A program made the translations under genes and the position numbers. A DNA stretch of 60,521 nucleotides from an uncultured virus (IMG/VR IMGVR_UViG_3300036852_000709) (lineage: Duplodnaviria > Heunggongvirae > Uroviricota > Caudoviricetes): the IMG/VR virus record IMGVR_UViG_3300036852_000709. The stretch is one strand, 5' to 3'. A model generated the notes under the pieces. That model worked only from the letters and a program-made list of their open reading frames with translations, was not told where the DNA came from and did no database searches. Below are positions 40,598 through 52,039 of the stretch, piece after piece. Position 1 is the stretch's first letter; every line of letters starts with the position of its first letter.

Positions 40598-41344
40598 ATG
40601 TCGACCGAAGTACAGCCGGCCACGCCGGAAGCGCCGAGCACCGTCCAGACCACGCCCGTCATTCCACCCGCTGCGGCAACGAACGCAGCACCGCAAGCGG
40701 CAGCGATAGCGCCGAAGGTGGAGTCCGAGTTGATGATGCCAAAGCGCGCGTTCGATGAGCGCGTTGCGGAGGAGCGAACCAAGGCTGAGCAGCGCGCGCG
40801 CGAAGCCGTGCTCAAAGAGATCGGCGCGGACAACCTCGACGTCGCCAAAGCGGCAATCGCTGATCGCAAGCGGCTCGAGGAGGAGCGCAAGTCCGAATTG
40901 GACAAGCGCGACGACAAGATCAAGGCGCTCGAGCCGTACAAAACCAAGGCGGAGTCTCACGAGGTCGTGCTCAAGGACTACGCCGCGAAGGAATTGGCTG
41001 CGCTCGACGAGGAGAAGCGGGGGGCAGTCGTTGAGATCGCGGGCGACGATCCGGCCAAGCAACTCAAGGCGATTACCACGCTCAAGCCGACGTGGGCAAC
41101 GCGAGCACAAGAGACGGTGCCGCCTGTCGTTGCTGCACCTCCCGCCGCAGCGCCCGCCCCGACGATCCAAGCCGGGGCAACCACCGCCTCAGCGCCGCCG
41201 GCACCTCCGCCTCCACCGGCACCTCCACCGACCGACGTACTCGCTCATTACGAGTGGGCCAAAGAAACCAATCCGTTTTACGCGGCTCGATACAGAGCCG
41301 AAAACGCCGCCGCGCTCACCGCGGCCAAGGACGCCCGACGTTAA
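40598..41344 (+). CDS. capsid scaffolding protein
   Basis: coiled-coil, Pro/Ala-rich, directly upstream of MCP. Confidence 0.8.
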   Translation: MSTEVQPATPEAPSTVQTTPVIPPAAATNAAPQAAAIAPKVESELMMPKRAFDERVAEERTKAEQRAREAVLKEIGADNLDVAKAAIADRKRLEEERKSELDKRDDKIKALEPYKTKAESHEVVLKDYAAKELAALDEEKRGAVVEIAGDDPAKQLKAITTLKPTWATRAQETVPPVVAAPPAAAPAPTIQAGATTASAPPAPPPPPAPPPTDVLAHYEWAKETNPFYAARYRAENAAALTAAKDARR

Positions 41345-41374
41345 TCAAACCGCGCTCGGGCACGGTAATCTCAC

Positions 41375-42469
41375 ATGGGTAATATCGATCGAGCAACGCT
41401 CGGCCAAGAGTTCTACGACATCACGTCGGATCAGCTCCTTCTCGCGCCTGAGCCCCAGTATCTTCACGGACTTCTCTTCAAGGGCGCGATGGAGGCGTCC
41501 ATGACCATGGGCTCTGGCATGGGCCTGCCGATCCCCGGTCGCGACATCGCCACCAGCGGACCTGGTTATGCCAACCTTTTGGACGCTCGCCTCACGCTGA
41601 GCGACCCGCTGCTCTCTCCGGCGATCAAGTTCATCAACCAACTCGGCAAGCCGAACATCGGCCACACGATTCGGATCAATCGACCGAAGTACACCGATAG
41701 CACCTACACCCGCGCATCGCGCGCCTCCCCGGTCGGTACCACGTTCTCGAAAACCCCGATGAACGTCGAAAGCGAGCAGGCGAAGATCACCATCGAGCGG
41801 TTTGCCGGCCCGTATGATTCGACGAGCGGCGAGGTGCGCCCGTACGGCGTCGAGGCCTTCGATGCGTCGCGCTCCGTGCACGACATGGAGGCGATCCGTA
41901 ATCATCACTTCCAGCGCGACTTCGACAAGTGGCTCGATACGGTCGGTGTGACGCTATTTGACTCGGGCGCTGTCATCTATCCCACCGGCATGACGGCCGA
42001 CAACGACTCCACGACTGTCGGTGATTATCCGTTCTCGGTGGACCAGATCTTCCGCACGAGGACGAGCCTCGTGACGGCATCGATTCCGCCGTTCGCGGAC
42101 GGGCGATACATCATGATCTTGACGCCATTGCAGGTCGAGCAACTCCACAATGACCCGCAGTACGGACGTCTCGCTCGGTATGACCCGAAGTTCAATCCGC
42201 TCTACCTCTCGAATCACGTGGCGACCATTAGCAAGTTCCACATCTTCGAGTCGCAGACGCTGCGCACCGTAGCAAACTCCTCGTCTGTGCCCATTCAATA
42301 TGGACAGGCGTTTGGCCGAGAAGCCGTCGGCGCAGGGTCGCAGGGAATGCCGAGGGTAGTTCCGTCCACGGACGATAATTACGGCGAAACTTCAATCGCG
42401 ATCTGGCTCTGGTATTCCGGATTTGAGATACTCGACAACCGCTTTATGCGCTCTTTGCGCTCGAGCTGA
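41375..42469 (+). CDS. major capsid protein
   Basis: 364 aa after scaffold; IPPFADGRYIMILTP, FGREAVG, DDNYG. Confidence 0.85.
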   Translation: MGNIDRATLGQEFYDITSDQLLLAPEPQYLHGLLFKGAMEASMTMGSGMGLPIPGRDIATSGPGYANLLDARLTLSDPLLSPAIKFINQLGKPNIGHTIRINRPKYTDSTYTRASRASPVGTTFSKTPMNVESEQAKITIERFAGPYDSTSGEVRPYGVEAFDASRSVHDMEAIRNHHFQRDFDKWLDTVGVTLFDSGAVIYPTGMTADNDSTTVGDYPFSVDQIFRTRTSLVTASIPPFADGRYIMILTPLQVEQLHNDPQYGRLARYDPKFNPLYLSNHVATISKFHIFESQTLRTVANSSSVPIQYGQAFGREAVGAGSQGMPRVVPSTDDNYGETSIAIWLWYSGFEILDNRFMRSLRSS

Positions 42470-42481
42470 GGGGATAACGCA

Positions 42482-42910
42482 ATGGGACTGAATACCCTCA
42501 TCAAGCAAAACCAGAAGACGCTCGCGGTCACCGGATTCACCGGGGCTGCGCCGCAAGCGGTCAACGGCACGTCGATCTCAATGGTGGCGGAGCGCGTGGC
42601 CATCGGCAGCATGTCGGCGAACGTGTACGCGCTCGCCACGACGGACACGCTGACGGCTACGGCCAAATGGCAGGTATCGACCGATGCCACCACGTGGCGC
42701 GACGCGAAGGGGCCGAACAACCCAGCGAACGTCGCCATCGTAACGGGCACGGGCTCGGCGGTCACGGACACGGTGTGCATTGCCGCGCCAGACTGTGTTT
42801 ACGGTAAACCGTATGCGCGGTGCATCGTCGTGTCCGGCGTGGGCGTAGGCGCTGGCGCAGGTGTCGACGAGGCCAGCGTCTCCTACAACTGGCGCCTCGC
42901 CGATAGCTGA
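42482..42910 (+). CDS. putative capsid decoration/structural protein
   Basis: follows MCP; beta-rich. Confidence 0.6.
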   Translation: MGLNTLIKQNQKTLAVTGFTGAAPQAVNGTSISMVAERVAIGSMSANVYALATTDTLTATAKWQVSTDATTWRDAKGPNNPANVAIVTGTGSAVTDTVCIAAPDCVYGKPYARCIVVSGVGVGAGAGVDEASVSYNWRLADS

Positions 42911-42916
42911 TCGCAC

Positions 42917-43546
42917 GTGGCGCTTCTGGATTCAGAGATGGTCGAGCTTCGCGCGGCGCTTGGGTACAATGTGCTCGGCGTCAACGCGGAGCCGTATATC
43001 GAGTACCATGGCGTCTTTGACGTTGTGGTTGCGCGATACCTGAATGCAGGAGCGACCACGACGAGCAGCACGACCGTCGTCGCAGCATCAACACCAACAC
43101 CCGTGGCGCTGACATTAGCGCTTATCACAGGGTTCGCTGCATTCGCGCGCGTCATTATCGACGTCGACACGCGACAGGAGGAGGCCACCGTCCAGAGCGT
43201 CATCGGGAGCACGATAACCGTGCTGCTCACGAAAGCTCACACGGGCACGTATCCTGTCACGGCCGAGGGAGGGGAAACGATGGTGCGGCGGTACCTGCGT
43301 CGCATCCGAGCGATCCAGGATCAACTCGGCGACGGGACGGTCATTGGCGCGGCGGGGGCGGGCGGGCTAAAGCGCGTGGACGAGATAGAATTCTGGAATT
43401 CGTCAACGTACGGGTACGGCTCGACAGCTATTGGTTCTCTTGCCCGCGAGTTGACGCGGCTAAGAGACGAATTGGCTGCATTGTTGGGCGTGACAAACCT
43501 ATTTCGTTTGCGAATGAACCAGGGGCTTTCCATCTCCGCGTACTAA
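42917..43546 (+). CDS. putative head-tail adaptor
   Basis: position; [10 protein letters not shown] motif. Confidence 0.55.
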   Translation: MALLDSEMVELRAALGYNVLGVNAEPYIEYHGVFDVVVARYLNAGATTTSSTTVVAASTPTPVALTLALITGFAAFARVIIDVDTRQEEATVQSVIGSTITVLLTKAHTGTYPVTAEGGETMVRRYLRRIRAIQDQLGDGTVIGAAGAGGLKRVDEIEFWNSSTYGYGSTAIGSLARELTRLRDELAALLGVTNLFRLRMNQGLSISAY

Positions 43547-44160
43547 TGCAGAAACTTTGTCGAAAGTGCGGCGCCTTCAAAGAGCTTCATTGCTTCCACC
43601 ACCGCTCGTCGTCGCCGGACGGACACGTCTCTTACTGCAAAACATGCAAAGCCGCAGCGGACAAGGCATCGTATCCGAGCAGATCTGCCATCAAGTTGGC
43701 GTACGCAAAGACGTATCGCGAGACACATCACGAAGAGTGCAAGGCTGCTATTCGAGAGCACTACAAGAAGAATAAAGAGCGATACATCGAGCAAGGACGC
43801 CTGTGGCGCATGGCGCACCCAGAGAGGGACGCTTTGATGAAGCGCGCCTGGGTGGACAGAAATCCGGAACGAAGAAAGGCGGTCTCGCGCATGGCGTCTC
43901 ATCGACGAAGGGCGTTGATGCGCAAGACACAGGTGGCCGCATTCACGATCGACGATGTAGCGGCCAGGTGTTCTGTTTTTGGCGACCTGTGCGCGTATTG
44001 CGGCGGAGGAGAAAGAATGACGATAGATCACGTCATCCCCATCTCCCGCGGAGGGCCGCACATTCTGGCTAATCTGCGCCCCGCGTGCCAGAGATGCAAC
44101 TTTTCTAAGCATAAAAAGAAACTTGGCGAGTGGACTCCCCCAGTACGGAGGGCCGGCTAA
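43546..44160 (+). CDS. HNH endonuclease
   Basis: CAYCG...[12 protein letters not shown]...[10 protein letters not shown]. Confidence 0.92.
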   Translation: MQKLCRKCGAFKELHCFHHRSSSPDGHVSYCKTCKAAADKASYPSRSAIKLAYAKTYRETHHEECKAAIREHYKKNKERYIEQGRLWRMAHPERDALMKRAWVDRNPERRKAVSRMASHRRRALMRKTQVAAFTIDDVAARCSVFGDLCAYCGGGERMTIDHVIPISRGGPHILANLRPACQRCNFSKHKKKLGEWTPPVRRAG

Positions 44161-44585
44161 TGTCCCGCGAGGCCTTCCTTCAACTCTGCCACAAGATCCG
44201 AGCGATCCCGTCGAGCCCAGCGTTCGACATCCTGACCACCAAGGTCGAGATCGTCACGCACACGTGGACGTCGGTGTCGGGCAACAACGTGCGAAGCGGC
44301 GTGCCCGTTGAGACGCGCGTCGAGATCATCCCACGCCCTCGCATCATTGAGCAAGGCGACACGTCCGTGCTCATCCGCATCGTACAGCCGAGCAGCGCGC
44401 TTGGTGGCTATGGCCCGACAACGCTCGTGCCGCAGCCGTCATCCACATCGAACGTCGAGACGCTATTCGCGCTCACGTTTCCAGACGGCGTGGAGCGCCT
44501 GTACACCCAGGCGAGGCTCGTGACGGACAAAGCGTTTCATTACGAGGTGGAACTGTCGGGGCTTGATCGGAAGTATCCGCATTAG
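44160..44585 (+). CDS. putative head closure protein
   Basis: position and size. Confidence 0.5.
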   Translation: MSREAFLQLCHKIRAIPSSPAFDILTTKVEIVTHTWTSVSGNNVRSGVPVETRVEIIPRPRIIEQGDTSVLIRIVQPSSALGGYGPTTLVPQPSSTSNVETLFALTFPDGVERLYTQARLVTDKAFHYEVELSGLDRKYPH

Positions 44586-45244
44586 AAGTTCTGCGGGAAC
44601 GACAGGTGTAGATGCGATATCCAGGTGGCATTCGTCGCTGAGCCTCGAGCGCGATTAACGCCGCATTGCACTCGTCAACCGCAGCGTTTGCTCGTCTCAT
44701 CGCGTCCTCGCACATGGCTATCCACCGAGCGGACCGTCCTTTATGGCACGCTCCACGCTTCGGGCACTTACGGTTATGGGCCCGCGTCTTCCGGCCATTG
44801 CACTTCAGGCACGTCACGGGTAGGCGTATCCCATCACACGACGTTTGATCAGCCGTACAACGCCAATCCCAAGGCGCCGCTGAGCCGCTGGCGACCATAG
44901 CCGCTTAAGACGCCGCGCCTCATCCTTCGTCACTCGCAGCGCACGGCTTCGCCTAGTGGTCCACTCCACGCATCCGTTATATTCTCTGAATATGTATTCG
45001 ACGGACGCACGTAGATAACCCCAGCACTTCACAACGTAGTTCTTCTCACTCATTGTCGCCGCCTCGCTTTATCAGACGGATAACGCGAATGCCGAGCCGT
45101 TTACGGAACCAAGGCGGCCATCGGCCTATCAAATCGATCGCCTCGGCGCGAGTCATCCGTCGCACTGCTCAAATAATCGGCTCCGGTGATAGCGGCATCG
45201 GCGCTTGGCGTTGACTTGACAGTGTAATTCTTCTCATCGCTCAT
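44473..45244 (-). other. antisense block E (2 genes plus a frameshifted paralogue)
   Basis: 44473-44817, 44814-45053, split gene ~45046-45244. Confidence 0.65.
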
Positions 45245-45251
45245 TCGCCTA

Positions 45252-45280
45252 ACCATAACCATCCATGCCATCCATCGCAA
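45252..45280 (-). promoter_or_regulatory. block E promoter
   Basis: TTGCGA-N17-(TGGT)TATGGT-N7-ATG. Confidence 0.8.
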
Positions 45281-46095
45281 CCCAAGTCGGCGGCACGCCG
45301 ATACCCGTCGCAGCGGGCGTTGCGGACTCGCGGATCGCGGACCCGTTCATCGACGCACTGAACGCGTACTACGGGCATTGGATCAAATGGGGCCACGACG
45401 CGAAACTGTCGAACATGGGCGGGCCTGACAAGACGTTCCTGATCACAGACGCGTGCCCTGTCGCGAACCGGTTTCCATTCGATCCTGGTGGCTGGTGGGT
45501 GCGCAAAGTGCAGGACAGCAAACTCCCTGTTCTGTGCATCTGGCACCGCGGCTCCAAGCGCGAGAAGCAGACCATGGTGTACGACGTCAGGCAGCGCAAC
45601 CTGGGGCTGTTCTACGCGTTTCCGGAGGTGCTCAGTCCGCGTGGGTTCGCCGTGCGCTCAGGGCTCATGGACAGCATTGACGCCACCATTTATCGCGCGA
45701 CGGAGCGAGGGTCACACCCAACGTTTGCGCATAACGGATCGGCATTGGGCGCGCTGCTCACCGCCACCGTCGGGGCAACGCCCAACACGCTTGGCTGGAC
45801 GTACGACAGCGCGACCATCCAGTTCGAGGCGCCAAGGCCAGAGATCGGATCGGGAGCCGGCGGAGCAACCGACTACGGGCTCGAGCAATACGGTTTCATG
45901 ACACTACGCGGGACGGTCACGACAACCGAGCGCATCATGCAGGACACGCTCGAGGATCCGAACGACGTGTTCGCTGGCGGCATCCTCGCGGGCATCAAGG
46001 TCACGGGTCTCGGCGACGTCAACGACGCGCTGCCATACATGGATCGCGTGCTGTCACATCCGGACGGCAGCGAGGACGGGGACGAAGTTATCTAG
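45265..46095 (+). CDS. putative tail completion/terminator protein
   Basis: position; KLPVLCIW motif. Confidence 0.55.
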   Translation: MPSIATQVGGTPIPVAAGVADSRIADPFIDALNAYYGHWIKWGHDAKLSNMGGPDKTFLITDACPVANRFPFDPGGWWVRKVQDSKLPVLCIWHRGSKREKQTMVYDVRQRNLGLFYAFPEVLSPRGFAVRSGLMDSIDATIYRATERGSHPTFAHNGSALGALLTATVGATPNTLGWTYDSATIQFEAPRPEIGSGAGGATDYGLEQYGFMTLRGTVTTTERIMQDTLEDPNDVFAGGILAGIKVTGLGDVNDALPYMDRVLSHPDGSEDGDEVI

Positions 46096-48088
46096 GCGTA
46101 CACGGCGATGGCTCCAACACGCGGCCCATCTCAGCACACAACTCTATCGCCTCGTCCACGCTGATGTCTATGGCGTCCGACACGCCGCCCATTCTCGCGG
46201 CCGATAGAATCGCAGACGCCAGCAATCCGAGTTGATAGAGCGCATTTGACAGCGCGTGCTGCTCATCGGCCAAGTTGGATTGAGCCGCGCCTTCTGCGGC
46301 TGCCTCGCTGGCGATGGCCGCCTCGACGCTCGCCTTAGTCCAGCCCGCGCCGAAGCACATGGGACACTTGGCGCGCATCCAGTCTTCTTTATTTATGCAC
46401 AGCCCACACGGGGCCACCAGCCGTAGCGCCTCATGATGCGCACGTTCGGTCGGTGTCCACATTCCCTCTGTCACGTCAGGGACGAGTCCTACGGTAAGCG
46501 CACGCGCCATGGCTGCATATAGTTCAGCGGTCATATCAGCCTTCCAGGCTCGACTTGCACTGCTTGCATAGTGGATTAAAGACTCCTACTCGAACAAGGC
46601 CACAACCGTTGCACATGAGACTTGGCCCGCCTTCAGTTGCTGGCACCTCGTGCGCTGGCTCCGGCGGTGGGGCATGCTTGGCGTAGAAGGCGTCAATCTC
46701 TGCGCGGGTCGCATCGGGAGGCGGGAAGTCAGGCATCGGTCACTCCGTTTGATTGGTAGCCACAAATCTGCTAACGACGGTGCGATCCGCGAATTCTTCG
46801 CGCGTGGCGATCGTGTCGCTGTACCACATAGCGTATTCGAGGACGGTGGTAGTTCGGTCCAGGTCGCCACGAACAAGCCGTCTGCCAAGGACGCTTGCCG
46901 CGAGTAATTCGCTCAGCGAACATGGGCACAATGCGATTATCGTGTCATCCGTGTGGCGAATTTCGACCTGCCCATCGTCGTTGACACATATAGTCGCCCT
47001 CATCGCGGCATTCCATTCGTGATGTTGATTGGCGTTGGCAGCTCGAAGGCGAGGACTTCACCGTCATCCTCGGATATGAGCGCTCGCGATTTACGCAGGC
47101 TCGTCGCCGCACCAAGCGCAACCTTCTCGTCGCGGCACGCGAGGGCCATGCTGTGTTCGATGAACGATGCGTGGTCAAAGCCGGGGCCAGGTTTTGTTTC
47201 AGGCATGGCCCACGACAGGTAATAGACGTAGCCGATTCTGAGGCTCATCCCAACTCCTTGGTCGCGTGAATGGCGTCGAGAACAAGGTTGTTTGCACGAA
47301 CGATCTTGATGTGCTCTGCAAGATCATCGTGCGCACGGATGAGAGCGCGCTCATCGGCGCTTCGCTCGCGCACGCAAAGCGCGACGCAGCGGGACAGGTA
47401 CTCGAATAGCGTCAGATCTCGCTCTTTGATGATGCGGGTTACGTTGGTGCTCATTCTGACAGGCCATCCTTCGCCTCTTGCAGCATCGCGATGATCTCAT
47501 CGATCTCTTCGCGCGTGGATCCAAACCCAACGGTTTCGCAGTCGTGCACGTATTCAACGATCACGTACATGTCGCCATCGTGACCGCGCCGATGAAAGAT
47601 GCGAACATCGCCATCTTTGGTGGTCTTGTCGTAGGCCATTACTGCGGCTCCTCTACGGTTTGCTGCGGAGTGCCTCGCGCCGCTTCATTGGCTCGACGTC
47701 TCTGCCATGTCAGAATTGCACCGCGGCAGCGCATCGTCGCCCCATCGCATCGTTCGTGTCGACACGAACTCGGGCTACATTCACACCCGTCCGGAAGAAC
47801 GGCGGACGGCGCCGTAGGAATGACGACAGGTGCCATGTGCTCCACGGAACATCCACCCGCGCGTCCTTCCAGACTCACAACAACCTCGCCGTGCCCCAAT
47901 GTCCACGCGGCGGATCGTGTCGCCCGTCGCTCATACTCGCCATGTCCAAGCGCGGGCTCGAATAGAACCACCGTCCCGACTGGATAGTACGCATTCCACA
48001 GTTCAGCGGTCATCTTCAACATCTATTTGCTCCCGTCTTCCACCGGACGTTTGAAGTAGAGGACCGCGGTCGGCGATGTATCGCTCAT
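46088..48088 (-). other. antisense block F (7 genes plus mini-ORF)
   Basis: 46088-46534, 46536-46736, 46740-47003, 47000-47248, 47245-47454, 47451-47639, 47639-48022, 48023-48088. Confidence 0.7.
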
Positions 48089-48116
48089 ACTCCCATTTCG
48101 TTCTCACTATCAGTTC

Positions 48117-48145
48117 ACCATAACCATGCCCATCGCTAACGTCCA
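48117..48145 (-). promoter_or_regulatory. block F promoter
   Basis: TGGACG-N17-(TGGT)TATGGT. Confidence 0.75.
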
Positions 48146-48675
48146 TGGCTGACCCTCGCAGATCACCAACCATCGTTCCAGGCGTCGCCAACATGCAAGG
48201 CGGGCGCGGCCCACAGGTTATTGACTACCTGATACCACTCGACCGTCCGCGCATGTACCGGTGGTCAGATGTGAGCGACGACGTGGACAACGCCATCACC
48301 GCGATTCGCCCACAGGGTGGCGCGGCTGGGGCGTGGCTCGACGTGCCCGAGTACGACCGCGGGACAGACCTCACGGATGCGAGCGTGACCATCAGGCCAT
48401 CTGGCAACCGATGGCGCGTGCTGCCCGCTGCGACGCTGACGACTGACCGCGTGCTCACATTGGGCGCACCGACCGCAACGGAGACCTTCCGTGCGGGGCA
48501 TTGCATCCTCATCACCAACCAGGGACAGGCGCGTGTCCTCACGATCGTGAATGGTGGTCCTGCCGCGGGCAACGTGGCCGTTATGCCGGTGACTTCCAGG
48601 TCCTGGTGCCTCGCGATGTGGGACGGGACCGACTGGATTCATAGGGCGTCTGGGTTGGCGCTGGCGGCCACGTAG
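48145..48675 (+). CDS. putative virion structural protein
   Basis: ends WDGTDW; fibre-like. Confidence 0.6.
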   Translation: MADPRRSPTIVPGVANMQGGRGPQVIDYLIPLDRPRMYRWSDVSDDVDNAITAIRPQGGAAGAWLDVPEYDRGTDLTDASVTIRPSGNRWRVLPAATLTTDRVLTLGAPTATETFRAGHCILITNQGQARVLTIVNGGPAAGNVAVMPVTSRSWCLAMWDGTDWIHRASGLALAAT

Positions 48676-49677
48676 CCCAGGTGCAAACGAATCGCGACGC
48701 GTTCAGCGCTAGAAAACCCAGCTAGCTTCGGCACTACCATAGCCGACACATCCGCTTCCGCATTTGCGGTCAGACCGCTCAAACCACGGACCAACAACCT
48801 CCAGCATCGCCGCCAGGCATTGTCATTCTTTCGGCGAGTGTGATAGGCGCGCCTGTGGATCTTTGCCAATGTGTGGGCCGCAAGACGAAGGTTGTGCGCC
48901 GCCGCGTAGTTGGCTAAGTCCGCACAGGCCCTTTTCATGTCTGCCATCATCTCATAATGGCTAGACAGAGCCATAGTTATGCCGATCATGGATCATCGCC
49001 ATGGCCGATGGCGCGGCGGACATCGTCGAGGGCGACGGTTGCATCGCACATCCCATAAAATTGCCTGTATCGACTGCGCTCATCCTCGATGATTCTGAGG
49101 CAGCGCTCTCGCTCCTCCCGTTTGGCCTCCGCGATCACAGCCAGCAATTCAGCGATTTGCTCGTCGGCGTCCGGGTTCTCGTAAACCGATGAAAAGAGAG
49201 TCGTTCCGTTGTCCGTCGTGAGATAGAAGTTGTGGTTGTCGCGCGAGGCTCTCACAACATCCTCCACAGACCGACTGACCAATACGCCGCACAGGCACCC
49301 AACCCGAGCGCCCCAAGTGCCTGAAACACCGCGGTCGGGATCGTGTCTGTGTCCCCATTTCGCGCGCGCCACGCATCGAACGCGTCACGGCTGCATAGCA
49401 ATGCAGCGAGAAGAGCGCCTACGACGGCCATGCCACGAAGAAACGGGCGCTGCTCAGGCGCCCAACAGATCTCATGAACGATTGCGCCAACTGCCAACGC
49501 CGCGAGGACCGACAGCGCAACGACCAGGCCGACCCCACGGCGAAAAAGCTTCGCTATCCAGACGTCATCGAATTGACGAAGCCTCCAGATCTTGACAGTC
49601 GCCCGAGATACCAGCCCGGCCGCGGCGACGAGCGTTAGCAAGACGAATACCTCAATCATCAGCATCTCTAGGTTCAT
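48639..49677 (-). other. antisense block G (3 genes, one membrane protein)
   Basis: 48639-48989, 48986-49372, 49252-49677. Confidence 0.65.
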
Positions 49678-49692
49678 AGTCCTCCACTTCGC

Positions 49693-49720
49693 ACCATAAC
49701 CATCGGCGCCCGCGCCGCAA
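49693..49720 (-). promoter_or_regulatory. block G promoter
   Basis: TTGCGG-N16-(TGGT)TATGGT, then GGAGGA RBS. Confidence 0.75.
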
Positions 49721-49731
49721 GGTCCTTGACA

Positions 49732-50094
49732 ATGCAACGTTACCTGCTCGTGCGGGGCAAACTAAGCTCCGATGGACGGCCGATCCCGGTCTCCAACCCA
49801 CACCACCTGGATTTCCGCCCTCAGCGATTCGCCGGGATGAAGTCCAGAGCAACCCCGCCGGAGCATGTCCGCGCCCCGCTCGATCTGTACGAGCCGTGTG
49901 AGGAGGCGATCCTTGACGATCCGCTTCTCCGAAAGGCGATTCGCAAGGGCGAGCTTGATTTGATCGCGAAGGTGCCAGCGCGCGACGTCGTGCACGCCAG
50001 GACGTTATTCGAGGCAATGCCGCGGCAACCGACGCCACCGCAAACGACGAGTGCACCGTCGACCAAGAAGCAGAGGGAGGCCACCAATGGCTGA
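49732..50094 (+). CDS. small protein upstream of sheath
   Basis: LRKAIRKGEL motif; overlaps sheath start. Confidence 0.6.
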   Translation: MQRYLLVRGKLSSDGRPIPVSNPHHLDFRPQRFAGMKSRATPPEHVRAPLDLYEPCEEAILDDPLLRKAIRKGELDLIAKVPARDVVHARTLFEAMPRQPTPPQTTSAPSTKKQREATNG

Positions 50095-51649
50095 AGGGTT
50101 CCCGCTCATCGGGATTGATCCGGCATCGCCGCTCGCCGAGACGCTGCGTGAGATCGCGTTCGCGCAGGACATCGGCGGCACGGGCGTGGCCGAGCGCGCG
50201 ATGGTGATCGTTGCAAACGCGACGAGCGACGGCAGCGCGTATCCATCACCAGGTGCATCGTCGGTATCGATAAGCGACGTCATCGTGGATGCCGCGGACC
50301 TCGAGGCTCGCTACGGAAAGCGCTCCGAGATCCGTTGGGCGCATTGGGCGATCCGCGCGGTCAATCAAAACATCCCCATCTTCGTCGTGCCATCCGTCGA
50401 GGGCAGTGGCGCCGCCGCGGCCACGAAGGACTTCGTGTTCGCCGTCACCTCGACCGGCGCCACCACGTGCGTGGTCGAATGGGGTGGTGAGTCGATCGAA
50501 GTATCTGTCGCGACGGGCGACCTCCCGGCGACGATTGCCGCCGCTGTCAATGCGCGCATCAACCAACAGGTTTATTGGCCGTTCACGTCTGGCGTGTCCA
50601 CCGCGACGGTCACGCTCACGGCGGCGAACCTTGGGCCTCGCGGCGACCTCGTTATCGATCGCGTCCGGATGTTCTTCCGGAATAGCATCGCGACGACGAT
50701 CACTCCAGGAGCGATCACGTCAGGCACGACCGCCGATGACATTACGCCCGCGCTGACCGCGCTCGCTACGGAGAACATTTATTACCACGTCTGCTCTGCG
50801 CACGTGGTCACCGCGCCGACCGCAACCGACAACGGCATGGGCGAGTACGCGACATTCATCAAGACGCAGGCGCTCCCCGCAAATGGCAAAGAACAAATCG
50901 TCGGCTTCGGGTTCGTGGGCACGCAGGCGCAGGCCACGACCGTTGCGACCGACTCCGATATGAACACGGCGCGAGCGGTTATCTTCCACGCGGAAGATAA
51001 CGACTGGACGCCGATCATGATCGGCGCGCATTGCATGGCGGCGAAGGCATTGCTCGAGTCACAACACCCGGGCGCGAACCTGAGCGGGTACACCAACACG
51101 GACTCAACGCCGTTCATTATCCCCGACCCGTACGACAAGACCGATAGGCCGACGCGCGCGGAACTCGTTGCTGACCTCAACAACGGGGTCACGCCGATTG
51201 AGTTCGACTCGTCGGGACGGGCGAGGATCCACCGACAGATCACGACATACAGCGTCGGAGCCGCCGCCAACACGAAAGACTATCGCGCGCGCGAGGGGCA
51301 CATCCCCAGTGTCGCCGATTATTTCTGGGCGCAACTCAAGAGCCGGTACGCGGCGCAGAAAGCGAACCTGCCTTTCGTGGCCGACGATCCTCCGCAGGGG
51401 GCAAAGCCGCTCGCGCTCACCGCTACGCCGTCGCTCGTGCGCGCCATCATCACGAAGCTCATCACGGACATGTGCGGGCCATTCATTCAGAACTCGGCGG
51501 TCCTCGATTCGGGCCGCCTGAACGAGATGATCAACGCCGTGCAGGTCGTGCGCCTGGCAGACGGGTTCTCCGTTCAGCTCGCGGTGGCCGCGGTGCTTCA
51601 CAACAACAAGGCGTTGTTCAAGATCAACGAGATCTCGCCCGCCGTCTGA
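50087..51649 (+). CDS. contractile tail sheath protein (Mu gpL-like)
   Basis: ARYGKRSE, TVTLTAANLGPRG, DLNNGVTPI, RQITTY. Confidence 0.88.
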   Translation: MAEGFPLIGIDPASPLAETLREIAFAQDIGGTGVAERAMVIVANATSDGSAYPSPGASSVSISDVIVDAADLEARYGKRSEIRWAHWAIRAVNQNIPIFVVPSVEGSGAAAATKDFVFAVTSTGATTCVVEWGGESIEVSVATGDLPATIAAAVNARINQQVYWPFTSGVSTATVTLTAANLGPRGDLVIDRVRMFFRNSIATTITPGAITSGTTADDITPALTALATENIYYHVCSAHVVTAPTATDNGMGEYATFIKTQALPANGKEQIVGFGFVGTQAQATTVATDSDMNTARAVIFHAEDNDWTPIMIGAHCMAAKALLESQHPGANLSGYTNTDSTPFIIPDPYDKTDRPTRAELVADLNNGVTPIEFDSSGRARIHRQITTYSVGAAANTKDYRAREGHIPSVADYFWAQLKSRYAAQKANLPFVADDPPQGAKPLALTATPSLVRAIITKLITDMCGPFIQNSAVLDSGRLNEMINAVQVVRLADGFSVQLAVAAVLHNNKALFKINEISPAV

Positions 51650-51661
51650 GACGAGGACATA

Positions 51662-52039
51662 ATGGCTGTCACAATATACGATCAAGTCTTCGCTTTCATC
51701 GACGGCAAGCTGCTCACCGAGAGCACGTCTGTCGCTGTCGAATTGCAGGGGGACGATCAAGACGTAATGACCATCGTCAAAGGATGGTCCGGTGTATCAC
51801 CGTCCCCCAAAAAGATCATGGTCTCGTTCGAGAACGTCGTGCCAGTCACGGGGTTTGAGTTCGATCCTATGACGTCGTTCAATTCGACGACCATTCACGA
51901 GTTGCTCCTTGTGCTTGGCGCCGCGGGCAAGCAACTCAAGTCGACCGGTCTGGTGCGTGCGCCAAAGGTCAACGCGGGAGTTGGGCAGACGACCACGCTT
52001 TCGTTCGAGTTCCACGGAACGCCGGACACGTTCAAGTGA
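51662..52039 (+). CDS. tail tube protein
   Basis: 125 aa after sheath; LSFEFHG. Confidence 0.8.
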   Translation: MAVTIYDQVFAFIDGKLLTESTSVAVELQGDDQDVMTIVKGWSGVSPSPKKIMVSFENVVPVTGFEFDPMTSFNSTTIHELLLVLGAAGKQLKSTGLVRAPKVNAGVGQTTTLSFEFHGTPDTFK

